A stretch of DNA of 64,000 bases, taken from assembly GCF_002854065.1 (NCBI RefSeq), contig NZ_CP024147.1, one strand, 5' to 3'. Shown piece by piece: positions 18,820-29,426 of the stretch; position 1 is the first letter of the stretch, and each line of letters opens with the position of its first letter. The notes beneath the pieces were generated by a model that was given only the letters and a program-made list of their open reading frames with translations, was not told where the DNA came from and did not search any database. Both the position numbers and the translations under genes were made by a program. The DNA is from Escherichia coli. GTDB lineage: Bacteria > Pseudomonadota > Gammaproteobacteria > Enterobacterales > Enterobacteriaceae.

Positions 18820-21792
18820 TTACCAGTGCACTCCAATGGTGAGAAACGCGTTGTTGCGCTCTCCGTTACGTTGATTAATCGCCTTAAAGGTATGTTGATA
18901 CTCGACGCCGAGACTGACTTTGTGCGGCCAGGCGTCGTAGTGCGTCTCGCCGGTCCAAATATTCCAGCGGACCCCGACACCGCCAAGCTGCGCGCCCTGA
19001 GTGCCTTTATCACGATAGCCGTTGTCCTGAACGTGAGCGTAAGGCTCAATAGTCTGTCCGTTAGCTACCTTCTGATGCCAGCTGACGCGATAATCTGCCG
19101 TCCACGCCTGAATATCCTGGCGGATATATTGCGCCGCATCGAGGTACAGGTTTTGGGCAAACCAGCCTGAACCGTTCGGGTGCCATTCGTCGCTGTATTT
19201 GCCGCCATTAAAGAATGAGGCGCTGGCGCGCAGCATGGTATCGGATGCGCCATTTTGCCCGTTCAGCGGCAACTGCTGTTCGACGGCGAGGAAAAAGATC
19301 TGATCGCTCAGCGGCTTCCAGCGTAGACCGGTGCCGGACATCGGATTTTTCACCGGCATCATCACCCCGTTTTCTCCGGTATCGGCAAAGACGCGGCTAT
19401 AAACTGAGAGCAGGTCGCCTTCCAGCAGCATATTGCGTCCGATGCGGTACTCGGCTTCCAGTTGCCCGTAGCTACGATAGCTTTTCCCTGGCGCTGCGCC
19501 GCCAACATTATTGTTAGCGGTACTCATTGCCCCGGAACGCAAGCCGATGGAAGAATCGAAACTGAACGTCCAGCGGCGACCGACCTCCTCATGCAGACGG
19601 CGGAAATTGAAGCGTTGCTGATTTTGCTCTGGGGTCAGTGGGGTTATCAGCGCCTGATTATCAATGTCATCAATCACCAGCCGGGCGTAGTACTGCGTCG
19701 CAGGCATGTCATCCAGACGCTGGTTCACATAGGCCAGTTGTCGGATCAGTGCCGGATCGTCCGGTAGCCCTTTATGCGCCTGTTCGAGCATTTCCCGCGA
19801 CTGTGCGATATCACCGCTATCCCACAAGGCGTAACCAAGCGCTGCCTGGGTGTTGCTATTATTCGGTTCCAGTTCCAGCGCGGCGCGCAAATCACTCACC
19901 GCGGCCGGGACATTATGACGTTGGCGATAAATTGTCGCCCGCGCAACGTAAGCGTTGGCAGAAGGCGCAATATTGATTGAGCGCGTGAGATCGTTCAGTG
20001 CGAGTTCCGGCTGACCAGGAATGTAACGTTGCGCATGCAGCCACCAGTAGAGCGCATTGCTTCCCAGTCCACGTTTTTCTGCCTGTTGTAGCCAGCGATC
20101 GCGAGCCGCACCATTTCCTGCCGCCTGGGCGGTATTGGCAGCAGCAAGCAGATCCTCATTGCTCATGTCGTGAAGACTGATTTTCTGCCAGGCCGCCAGT
20201 GCGGTGGCGTAGTCCTCAACCTGATACGCCTGATAGGCTACCGCACGATGTTGCCAGGCGTTCGGTTGTCGTTGTTCGGCCTGAAGCCATGCATACAACG
20301 CCACACCGGGTAGCGTGTCCCGATAACACTTTGCCAGACGGTTCCAGGCGGCAGCATCGTAGGAAGGCGACATATCGCCCAGCAAGCGAACTATTGCCGG
20401 GCAATTATCTGCAATACCCGGCAACTGACTTTGCCACTGACGTTGCTCCGCCAGCGGTAAGGGTTTCGATAAAATCGCCACCTTCGCTGGAGTTGCCAGG
20501 TAAGGATGACTTTCCAGAAGAGACGCCAGTCGCGCCATTAAAGTCTGGCTGACACGCGCATCGCCCTGGAAAGGATAGCGTTGCAGCAATAAATCGGCAG
20601 CTTCGCGTGACTGCTCGCTCTGTATCAGTTGCCAGGTTAGTTGATCCAGGCGGGTAAGATTTGCCGGTTCTTGCTGATACAGCAAGCGTGCCAGACGCAG
20701 AGCTTCAGCCTTGTTACGGGTCGCCACGCTGACAGCATAACGCTCCTCAAGCATTTCATTGGCGGGGAGGGTGGCGAGCAGTTTTTGCGCTGCGTCGTAC
20801 TGACCTTCTTTTAACAGCACCGGTAGCGTCGCGCCAACAACATACTGGCGGTTATCGGCAAACTGCACCGTATAATTCGCCAATGCCTGAACGGGGTTGG
20901 CGCTGTATTTAGATAACAGATAGAGCCAACTTTTCTCTTGTGCGTCCGTGGTAAACAGCGGCTTATTTTCAATGAGATAATGCTGGAGGCGTGCTTTTTC
21001 GCCACGATAAGCCAGCGCGGTCGCGTAAGTAATATATGACTGAGGATCGGTGAAGATCCCCTGTGATTGCAGTGCCAGGATCCGATCGTCCAGCTGCCCG
21101 GCAAGAAGCACGTCAAACCACTGACGGCGTTCTGCCGCGCTTAATGTGTTCTGCTGGCGTGCTTCATTGTATAGCGTATCTGCCTGGGACCATTGTTTCA
21201 GGTAGATTGCCCGTTGCAGCAGATCGGTTCGCAGCGTTTTTCCTTCCGGCGATGCAGCAAACGTCGCATCGTTCAGTTGCGCTCTGGCGACAGGTAACTG
21301 TGCCAGCCGCAGGGCATTCTGCCCGACTTCACTGCGACAACGCAGGGTCGGCGCAGCATCGCACGCTTTTTGCTGGGCAAGCAGTTCTTCAACTGTCGTA
21401 ACGCTTTTCACTTCAACTGGAATAGCCGCCAGACTGCGCTCAAGTCGGGCATCTCCTGGGTGACGTTTCAGTTGATCCTCAAGCAACAGCCGCGCCCGGT
21501 CATCATGACCAAAATGGCGATAGGCTTCCGCAAGGTATAAAGTCAGCGGAATATTATCCGGCACCTGCTGGTGTATATATTCATATTCGCGGATGGCGGT
21601 TGCTTCGTCGTTATTTTTCTGTGCCTTCAGCGCCTTATCGAGACGGGGATAAATAACAAAATGGCGATAATCGCTCAGCCCCAGCTCTTCTGCGCTGGTG
21701 CCGATATTGTCTGCGAGTGCGCTGGTACTCAATAAAGACGTCAGCAGTAAACCAGACCATCCGATGACGCGATTAAGGTTATTCTCCTTCAT
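18820..21792 (-). CDS. nfrA: Bacteriophage N4 adsorption protein A (outer-membrane, TPR-containing; 990 aa)
   Basis: 990 aa from MKENNLNRVIGWSGLLLTSLLSTSALA; the track ORF has a 7-codon upstream extension. Confidence 0.9.
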   Translation of the reverse strand: MKENNLNRVIGWSGLLLTSLLSTSALADNIGTSAEELGLSDYRHFVIYPRLDKALKAQKNNDEATAIREYEYIHQQVPDNIPLTLYLAEAYRHFGHDDRARLLLEDQLKRHPGDARLERSLAAIPVEVKSVTTVEELLAQQKACDAAPTLRCRSEVGQNALRLAQLPVARAQLNDATFAASPEGKTLRTDLLQRAIYLKQWSQADTLYNEARQQNTLSAAERRQWFDVLLAGQLDDRILALQSQGIFTDPQSYITYATALAYRGEKARLQHYLIENKPLFTTDAQEKSWLYLLSKYSANPVQALANYTVQFADNRQYVVGATLPVLLKEGQYDAAQKLLATLPANEMLEERYAVSVATRNKAEALRLARLLYQQEPANLTRLDQLTWQLIQSEQSREAADLLLQRYPFQGDARVSQTLMARLASLLESHPYLATPAKVAILSKPLPLAEQRQWQSQLPGIADNCPAIVRLLGDMSPSYDAAAWNRLAKCYRDTLPGVALYAWLQAEQRQPNAWQHRAVAYQAYQVEDYATALAAWQKISLHDMSNEDLLAAANTAQAAGNGAARDRWLQQAEKRGLGSNALYWWLHAQRYIPGQPELALNDLTRSINIAPSANAYVARATIYRQRHNVPAAVSDLRAALELEPNNSNTQAALGYALWDSGDIAQSREMLEQAHKGLPDDPALIRQLAYVNQRLDDMPATQYYARLVIDDIDNQALITPLTPEQNQQRFNFRRLHEEVGRRWTFSFDSSIGLRSGAMSTANNNVGGAAPGKSYRSYGQLEAEYRIGRNMLLEGDLLSVYSRVFADTGENGVMMPVKNPMSGTGLRWKPLSDQIFFLAVEQQLPLNGQNGASDTMLRASASFFNGGKYSDEWHPNGSGWFAQNLYLDAAQYIRQDIQAWTADYRVSWHQKVANGQTIEPYAHVQDNGYRDKGTQGAQLGGVGVRWNIWTGETHYDAWPHKVSLGVEYQHTFKAINQRNGERNNAFLTIGVHW

Positions 21793-24016
21793 TTTCGGAC
21801 TCCAGTTGCGCAACCTGTTCTGTGTTTAAACCTGCTTTGAGTAATAGTGATTGCATCGAAACTTGTAATTCGCGTTGAATTGTCAGGACGCGATCCAACG
21901 TTTCCTGGCTGATAACGCCTTCGGTGACCAAAAACTTGCCGAGCGGCAGAGAACTGCGTTCATGGCGCAATAACAACACGTTAATTGCTGAACGATTAAT
22001 ATGACCGAGCGTGGTCAGTATTTCGGCGAACAGGAACTGATGCGGCACATATTGCCGCCAGATTTCACCGGCCTGCTGTTCCGTGAGCCACTGATGCTGA
22101 ACCGCATTGTACAACATTGCCCGCGGATCGTGACCGCGTCGGCGTGCATACCAGTGACGTAACCCCGTGACAATTTATCCCCGCAGAACAATGACGTAAC
22201 GCACTTTGCGTCCGACTTTACGCGTCAGGGCCGCCAGCGAAACCGGGTCAATACCATCTTCACTGCCGACAATTAACACATCATTTTCCAGACGCAGCGG
22301 CAGCACTGCATAATGCAGCGCCACGGAGGCTGGCATTTCGGCAATCAGCGAGGACGGGATCTGCCAGGCATCGATGGATTCCCACGCCACGCCGTTTTGC
22401 TCTGCCAACGCCTGTGCCAGTTGCTCGGCGCTAATCAGCCCCTGCATCAGCATTGAACCGCCCAGGCGTAGACCTTCGACGCGATTACGCAGTGCTGTAT
22501 CGAGTTGTTCTTCAGTGATGACCTGATTTTCCAGCAGAATTTGACCTAACGGGCGCAACGAGCGGGTATCGCCAGTGACGCTGGGGAAGTCATGCGTTGT
22601 TTTATCCCACGCCACGCGACGTGGATCGCCGTGTTGAAGTACCTGTTTTAACGCGCGCCAGTTGGCCATGAAGTTAATCAGGTTGCCCCAGAAAAGACGC
22701 AGGACGGAAAGCAGCCCCTGCGTCAGGCCGTAGTAGCCAGTAACGAAAATCACCCGCTGCACGATGCGGTTAACCATCAAACCAAAGTTTAGCCACAGCA
22801 GGGTCATTAACCATGCGCTGCCGCTGAAAATAGAAAGGAAATGCTAGGCATCGGGCCACAAACTTTCATACGCCAGCAACAGCAAAAGCTGGATCATCAC
22901 CAGCATCGCGAGGAAGCTGACAAAGTTACTGATTGCCCCTTTGCGGTCGCGCCAGAGAAAGTAGTTCAGCGTCAGGCTGGAGGTCCATTTATGGGTTTTA
23001 AAACCCTGGAAAACAATGCCGATGATCCAGCGGGATTTTTGTCGAACCGCAGTCGAAAAGGTATCGGGGAAATATTCGCGCACGCAGATCATGTTTGACG
23101 TCCGTGCGTGCTGTAAAAATTTACGCTGCTCGCGTTCTTTGGCTTCGTCCACCACCGGAAAACGGACAAAAATTTCCGTCATACCTTTTTCTTTCAGGCG
23201 GAAGCCAATGTCGTAATCTTCAGTAAGACTCTGCACGTCGAAAGCAATACCGTCACCGTCAGCTAACAGTGCGGTCACGGCGCGGCGGCTGAAACAGGTG
23301 CCGACGCCTGCGCTGGGCACTTGTCCGGCGAGGGCTTCACGCACCGGAACATCTTTGCCATGCAGTTCTGAAAACTCATCAATGTAAGTCATGCTGGTGA
23401 AGTGCGTCCATTCGCGTTCGAATGGGTATACCGGGATCTGAATCAGATCTTTACGCTCGACCAGATAGTTGAACAGACGCAACTCCATCGGTGAAATCAC
23501 ATCTTCGGCGTCATGCAGAATAAAACCAGCAAAAGCGAAATTGGCGCTACGCTCAAACTGGGTGATGGCGTCCAGCACGTTGTTCAGACAGTCGGCTTTG
23601 CTGGTGGGGCCAGGACGCGCGCAGACTACCTTATGCACATTCGGGAAGCGAGCGCACACTTCGTCAACATCACGCTGAGTGTCCGGGTCGTTGGGGTAGG
23701 TGCCAACAAAGATATGATAGTTTTCGTAGTCGAGCGTGGTCGCCGCCAGCTCGGCCATATTGCCGATGACGCCCGTTTCATTCCACGCCGGAACCATAAT
23801 CGCTAACGGTTTTTCATCTGGTTTATACAGTTCGCGGTAACTCATTCGCGGGTAGCGGCGATAAACACTCAACTTGCGTTTAATGCGGCGTACCCAGTAG
23901 ACGACATCAATAAAAAAATCGTCCAGCCCGCTGATGAACATGATGACCGCTAACGTTATCGCGATTACTTTTAAGCCGTAGAGCCAGGTAGCAAAAACAT
24001 CAAGAAGCCAGTCCAC
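21779..24016 (-). pseudogene. nfrB: Bacteriophage N4 adsorption protein B (inner-membrane glycosyltransferase-like), split by two in-frame stop codons
   Basis: Three co-frame ORFs (390, 210, 112 aa) separated by single stops at 22844-22846 (TAG) and 22175-22177 (TAA); together they span exactly 2238 nt, the length of a 745-aa NfrB. Confidence 0.8.
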
Positions 24017-24165
24017 ACAAAAACCTTACATTAACGCTGGTTATGTTTAGGGTGGCGTATATTAAGGTTTTTTATGAATTGTGACAGCTTTTTACCATTA
24101 ATAGGTATGACTATTGCGGCACGTTATTTTTACACTGGTTATAAAAGTTGCCGTTTGCTGAATAA

Positions 24166-25608
24166 TTAAGCGGGTAATGTGATAACAAACCTTGTCCCCC
24201 GCGCATCTGACGTTACTGCAACCGTGCCTTTATGCGCGACAACAATCGATTTCACTATCGCCAGCCCAATGCCGCTACCTTCGCCTTTTCGTTGGCGGGA
24301 GGGGTCAACGCGGTAGAAACGGTCAAACAATCGCGGTAAGTGCTCGGGCGCAATGGGCGTACCGGGGTTTTCGACGATAACTTGCACCTGATGATCGACC
24401 GTCTGGCAGCGCACTACAATAGCCTCTCCGGGTGGCGTATAACGCAGGGCATTAGAAAGCAGGTTGCTTAATGCCCGACGCAGCATCAGCGGATCGCCCG
24501 CAACCTGACATTCGTCGCCAACAAATCGCAACTCCACGCCGCGATCTTCCGCTAACGCCTCGAAAAAATCGAACACTTTGCCGACTTCATCCGCCAGGTT
24601 GAGCATTTTCTTTTCGGGGATTAGCTGGTTGTTATCGGCCTGAGCGAGAAACAGCATATCGCTGACCATTTTCGCCATTCGCGTCAGCTCTTCGAGATTA
24701 GAGTAGAGCACATCTTCCAGCTCCTTCTGGCTGCGAGACTGGCTGAGGGCGATTTCCGTTTGCGTGATGAGATTGGTAATCGGCGTGCGAATTTCGTGAG
24801 CGATATCCGCTGAGAAATTGGACTGGCGGGTAAAGACATCCTCAATACGCTCGATCATATGGTTGAACGACAGTACCAGCTGTTCCAGCTCAATCGGCAC
24901 GGTCTGCGGGTCGAGGCGAACGTCGAGATCTTTCGAGGTGATATTCTGGATTTGACGGCTGACGCTGCGGATCGGCGCGTGACCTTTATGTACCGCCAAC
25001 AGCACGATAAAGACGATCAGGATGCTGATTACCGATGCGGTCATAATAAGTTTATTCATCAAATCATTTATGTAATGAAGATGAAAATCGATCGACAGCG
25101 CGATGTAGAGCGTATAAATCGGTTTGCCGTCCACCAACGGGCCAACCGGCAAGTTAATCATCCGCCAGTTGCTGTGTTCCATATGCCCGTGACCGTGGCC
25201 TGGCATCATAATTGTCGGGCCGGAAAGGAGATACACCTCGCCACCCCGCGCGTCTTTATCGGGTATGGCATCACGTGCAAACTCGCGGATATCCGGCGCA
25301 CCGGGGGAGTGATACACCGTTTTGCCGTGGCTATCTGCCAGGGAAATCAACACGTTGGAATAACCACTGACGATATCTTCCAGCGTCATTAAGCGTCGGG
25401 CTTGCGTTTCGTCAGGGTGATTTAGTACCCGTTCAAGGGTGGCGCTAATCTCTTTTAAATCATTAATATCCTGCTCGGCAAAATGCACTTTTACTGAGTG
25501 GATCATGATCCATGCAAAGGCGAAAAACGCCGCGATGGTGGCCAGGCTGATAAAAAAGGTCAGGCGGGTTGCCAGCGAAAACGGGCGCTGAAATGGCTTA
25601 CTGACCAT
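24166..25608 (-). CDS. cusS: Copper/silver sensor histidine kinase CusS (480 aa)
   Basis: From [10 protein letters not shown]...; HisKA/HATPase motifs; overlaps cusR stop. Confidence 0.92.
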
Positions 25609-26281
25609 CCGGCACCTCAAGCATGTAACCCACGCCGCGCACGGTTTGAATCAGCTTCGGCTCAAAGTCGTTGTCGATTTTGCCGCGTAGCCGCTTCACC
25701 GCCACATCAATAGCATTGGTATCGCTGTCAAAATTCATGTCCCATACCTGCGAGGCGATAAGCGAGCGGGGCAGCACTTCGCCCTGATGGCGAAGGAAGA
25801 ACTCCAGCAGAGTAAACTCTTTACTGGTCAAAGTGATGCGCGTGCCGCTGCGGGTGACTTTGCGGCTGACGAGATCGACCATCAAATCGGCAACCTGAAA
25901 CTGACTTTCGATAATCACCGCCGCCCCGCGCCGCAGTAATGTGCGCACCCGCGCCAGCAGTTCAGCAAAAGCGAATGGCTTCACCAGGTAGTCATCTGCC
26001 CCCAACTCCAGCCCCTTGACGCGATGTTCAATGGTGCCAAGCGCGGTAAGCAACAGAATCGGCATCCCTTTATTGGCGGAGCGTAACATGCGCACGATAT
26101 CCCAGCCGTTCACGTCCGGCAGCATAATATCGAGGATTATCAGATCATAATCACCGGTCATCGCCAGATGGTAGCCATTCAGCCCGTTGTCGGCCAAATC
26201 GACCACAAAACCGGCTTCGGTTAACCCTTTGGTCAAGTATTCTCCGGTTTTCTTTTCATCTTCGACAATCAACAGTTTCAT
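25598..26281 (-). CDS. cusR: Copper/silver response regulator CusR (OmpR family, 227 aa)
   Basis: [20 protein letters not shown]... receiver plus winged-helix domains. Confidence 0.95.
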
Positions 26282-26346
26282 ATTTCCTCCGCATGTTGCC
26301 CGGGCAATTCTAGAGTAGCGGGATCAGATGGCAATCGCTTATTGGC

Positions 26347-26368
26347 AAAATGACAATTTTGTCATTTT
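26347..26368. promoter_or_regulatory. CusR-binding box in the divergent cusR/cusC promoter region
   Basis: Perfect palindrome AAAATGACAATTTTGTCATTTT between cusR and cusC. Confidence 0.6.
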
Positions 26369-26437
26369 CCTGTCACCGGAAAATCAGAGCCTGGCGAGTA
26401 AAGTTGGCGGTATAAAATCACCAGAAATTATGAGCCT

Positions 26438-27820
26438 ATGTCTCCTTGTAAACTTCTGCCATTTTGTGTGGCCCTTGCGCTAACCGGTTGTTCACTGGCA
26501 CCGGATTATCAGCGTCCGGCAATGCCCGTTCCTCAGCAGTTCTCACTCAGCCAGAACGGCTTGGTTAACGCAGCAGATAACTATCAGAACGCGGGCTGGC
26601 GCACCTTTTTTGTTGATAATCAGGTGAAGACGCTGATTAGCGAGGCGCTGGAGAATAACCGGGATTTGCGCATGGCGACGCTGAAAGTGCAGGAGGCACG
26701 GGCGCAATATCGTCTGACCGATGCCGACCGCTACCCACAGCTCAATGGCGAGGGCAGCGGCAGCTGGAGCGGTAATCTTAAAGGGAATACCGCCACGACA
26801 CGGGAGTTTTCGACCGGCCTTAACGCCAGCTTTGACCTCGATTTTTTCGGTCGCTTAAAGAACATGAGCGAAGCCGAGCGACAAAATTATTTAGCCACTG
26901 AGGAAGCTCAGCGCGCGGTGCATATTCTGCTGGTTTCTAATGTCGCGCAAAGCTATTTCAATCAGCAGCTGGCGTATGCGCAATTGCAAATAGCCGAAGA
27001 AACGCTGCGTAATTATCAGCAGTCATATGCGTTTGTTGAAAAACAACTGTTGACCGGTAGCAGCAATGTTCTGGCGCTGGAACAGGCTCGCGGGGTGATA
27101 GAAAGTACCCGCAGTGACATCGCTAAACGTCAGGGGGAACTGGCGCAGGCGAATAATGCATTGCAACTGTTATTGGGAAGCTACGGCAAGCTGCCGCAAG
27201 CGCAGACAGTAAACAGCGACAGCCTGCAAAGCGTTAAATTACCGGCGGGCTTGTCGTCGCAAATCTTATTGCAGCGCCCGGATATTATGGAAGCTGAACA
27301 CGCGTTAATGGCGGCTAATGCCAATATTGGGGCCGCACGCGCGGCATTTTTCCCATCTATAAGCCTGACCAGCGGAATATCAACCGCCAGCAGCGATCTG
27401 TCGTCATTATTTAACGCCAGCAGCGGGATGTGGAATTTTATTCCTAAAATTGAGATCCCCATTTTTAATGCCGGACGCAACCAGGCCAATCTGGATATCG
27501 CCGAAATTCGCCAGCAGCAGTCGGTAGTGAATTATGAACAGAAAATCCAGAACGCCTTTAAAGAAGTGGCAGATGCGCTGGCATTACGTCAAAGCCTGAA
27601 CGATCAAATCAGCGCCCAGCAGCGTTATCTGGCGTCGCTGCAAATTACTTTGCAACGGGCGCGGGCATTATATCAGCACGGCGCGGTAAGTTATCTGGAA
27701 GTGCTGGATGCCGAGCGTTCTTTATTTGCAACCCGACAAACCTTACTTGACCTGAATTATGCCCGTCAGGTCAACGAAATTTCTTTATATACCGCACTTG
27801 GTGGCGGTTGGCAGCAATAA
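26438..27820 (+). CDS. cusC: Outer-membrane factor lipoprotein CusC
   Basis: Lipobox LALTGC; OMF/TolC-like repeats. Confidence 0.95.
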   Translation: MSPCKLLPFCVALALTGCSLAPDYQRPAMPVPQQFSLSQNGLVNAADNYQNAGWRTFFVDNQVKTLISEALENNRDLRMATLKVQEARAQYRLTDADRYPQLNGEGSGSWSGNLKGNTATTREFSTGLNASFDLDFFGRLKNMSEAERQNYLATEEAQRAVHILLVSNVAQSYFNQQLAYAQLQIAEETLRNYQQSYAFVEKQLLTGSSNVLALEQARGVIESTRSDIAKRQGELAQANNALQLLLGSYGKLPQAQTVNSDSLQSVKLPAGLSSQILLQRPDIMEAEHALMAANANIGAARAAFFPSISLTSGISTASSDLSSLFNASSGMWNFIPKIEIPIFNAGRNQANLDIAEIRQQQSVVNYEQKIQNAFKEVADALALRQSLNDQISAQQRYLASLQITLQRARALYQHGAVSYLEVLDAERSLFATRQTLLDLNYARQVNEISLYTALGGGWQQ

Positions 27821-27843
27821 TTTTTAACTCCAGGAGAGAATAA

Positions 27844-28176
27844 ATGAAAAAAGCACTGCAAGTCGCAATGTTCAGTCTGTTTACCGTTATTGGCTTTAAT
27901 GCCCAGGCTAACGAACATCATCATGAAACCATGAGCGAAGCACAACCACAGGTCATTAGTGCCACCGGCGTGGTAAAAGGTGTTGATCTGGAAAGCAAAA
28001 AAATCACCATCCATCACGATCCGATTGCTGCCGTGAGCTGGCCGGAGATGACCATGCGCTTTACCATCACTCCGCAGACGAAAATGAGTGAAATTAAAAC
28101 TGGCGACAAAGTGGCGTTTAATTTTGTCCAGCAGGGCAACCTTTCTTTATTACAGGATATTAAAGTCAGCCAGTAA
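27844..28176 (+). CDS. cusF: Periplasmic copper/silver chaperone CusF (110 aa)
   Basis: Signal peptide and conserved Met/His/Trp metal-binding residues. Confidence 0.95.
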   Translation: MKKALQVAMFSLFTVIGFNAQANEHHHETMSEAQPQVISATGVVKGVDLESKKITIHHDPIAAVSWPEMTMRFTITPQTKMSEIKTGDKVAFNFVQQGNLSLLQDIKVSQ

Positions 28177-28191
28177 CCCAGGTTTAATGAG

Positions 28192-29415
28192 ATGAAAAAA
28201 ATCGCGCTTATTATCGGCAGCATGATCGCGGGCGGTATTATTTCTGCGGCAGGTTTTACCTGGTTTGCAAAGGCGGAACCGCCCGCAGAAAAAACGTCGA
28301 CCGCAGAACGTAAAATCTTATTCTGGTACGACCCGATGTATCCCAATACGCGGTTCGATAAACCAGGTAAATCGCCGTTTATGGATATGGATCTGGTGCC
28401 GAAATATGCCGATGAAGAGAGTTCTGCGTCTGGTGTGCGCATTGACCCGACTCAGACGCAGAATCTGGGGGTGAAAACGGCTACCGTCACGCGCGGACCG
28501 CTGACTTTTGCCCAGAGTTTCCCGGCGAATGTCAGTTACAACGAGTATCAGTATGCCATTGTGCAGGCTCGCGCTGCCGGGTTTATCGACAAGGTGTATC
28601 CGCTTACCGTGGGCGATAAAGTGCAAAAGGGCACACCGCTTCTCGACCTGACCATTCCCGACTGGGTGGAAGCGCAGAGTGAGTATTTACTGCTGCGCGA
28701 AACCGGCGGTACGGCGACCCAGACTGAAGGCATTCTTGAGCGGCTGCGACTGGCGGGAATGCCGGAGGCGGATATTCGCCGCCTGATCGCCACGCAAAAA
28801 ATCCAGACTCGCTTTACGCTCAAAGCGCCCATTGATGGCGTGATCACCGCGTTTGATCTGCGCGCGGGAATGAATATCGCCAAAGATAACGTGGTAGCGA
28901 AAATTCAGGGTATGGACCCGGTGTGGGTCACTGCTGCGATCCCGGAGTCCATCGCCTGGCTGGTGAAAGATGCCTCGCAGTTTACGCTCACCGTTCCGGC
29001 GCGACCTGATAAAACACTCACCATCCGCAAATGGACGCTACTACCTGGCGTGGATGCCGCGACCCGCACGCTGCAGCTGCGTCTGGAAATCGACAACGCC
29101 GACGAGGCGCTAAAACCGGGAATGAACGCCTGGTTGCAACTCAATACCGCCAGCGAACCGATGCTGCTCATTCCGTCACAGGCGCTGATTGATACCGGCA
29201 ACGAACAGCGGGTGATTACCGTTGATGCCGACGGGCGCTTTGTACCAAAACGCGTTGCCGTTTTCCAGGCATCGCAAGGTGTCACCGCATTACGCTCTGG
29301 TCTGGCGGAAGGTGAAAAGGTGGTTTCCAGCGGCCTGTTCCTGATTGATTCCGAAGCCAATATTTCTGGCGCACTGGAGCGGATGCGCTCTGAAAGTGCT
29401 ACCCATGCGCATTGA
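28192..29415 (+). CDS. cusB: Membrane fusion protein CusB (407 aa)
   Basis: MKKIALIIGSMIAGGIISAAGFTWFA...; HlyD-like periplasmic adaptor. Confidence 0.95.
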   Translation: MKKIALIIGSMIAGGIISAAGFTWFAKAEPPAEKTSTAERKILFWYDPMYPNTRFDKPGKSPFMDMDLVPKYADEESSASGVRIDPTQTQNLGVKTATVTRGPLTFAQSFPANVSYNEYQYAIVQARAAGFIDKVYPLTVGDKVQKGTPLLDLTIPDWVEAQSEYLLLRETGGTATQTEGILERLRLAGMPEADIRRLIATQKIQTRFTLKAPIDGVITAFDLRAGMNIAKDNVVAKIQGMDPVWVTAAIPESIAWLVKDASQFTLTVPARPDKTLTIRKWTLLPGVDAATRTLQLRLEIDNADEALKPGMNAWLQLNTASEPMLLIPSQALIDTGNEQRVITVDADGRFVPKRVAVFQASQGVTALRSGLAEGEKVVSSGLFLIDSEANISGALERMRSESATHAH

Positions 29416-29426
29416 GGGAATAACCA

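Noticed and set aside
18792-21401. Short ORFs overlapping nfrA on either strand
   Set aside because: Nested in the 990-aa nfrA frame; no independent support.
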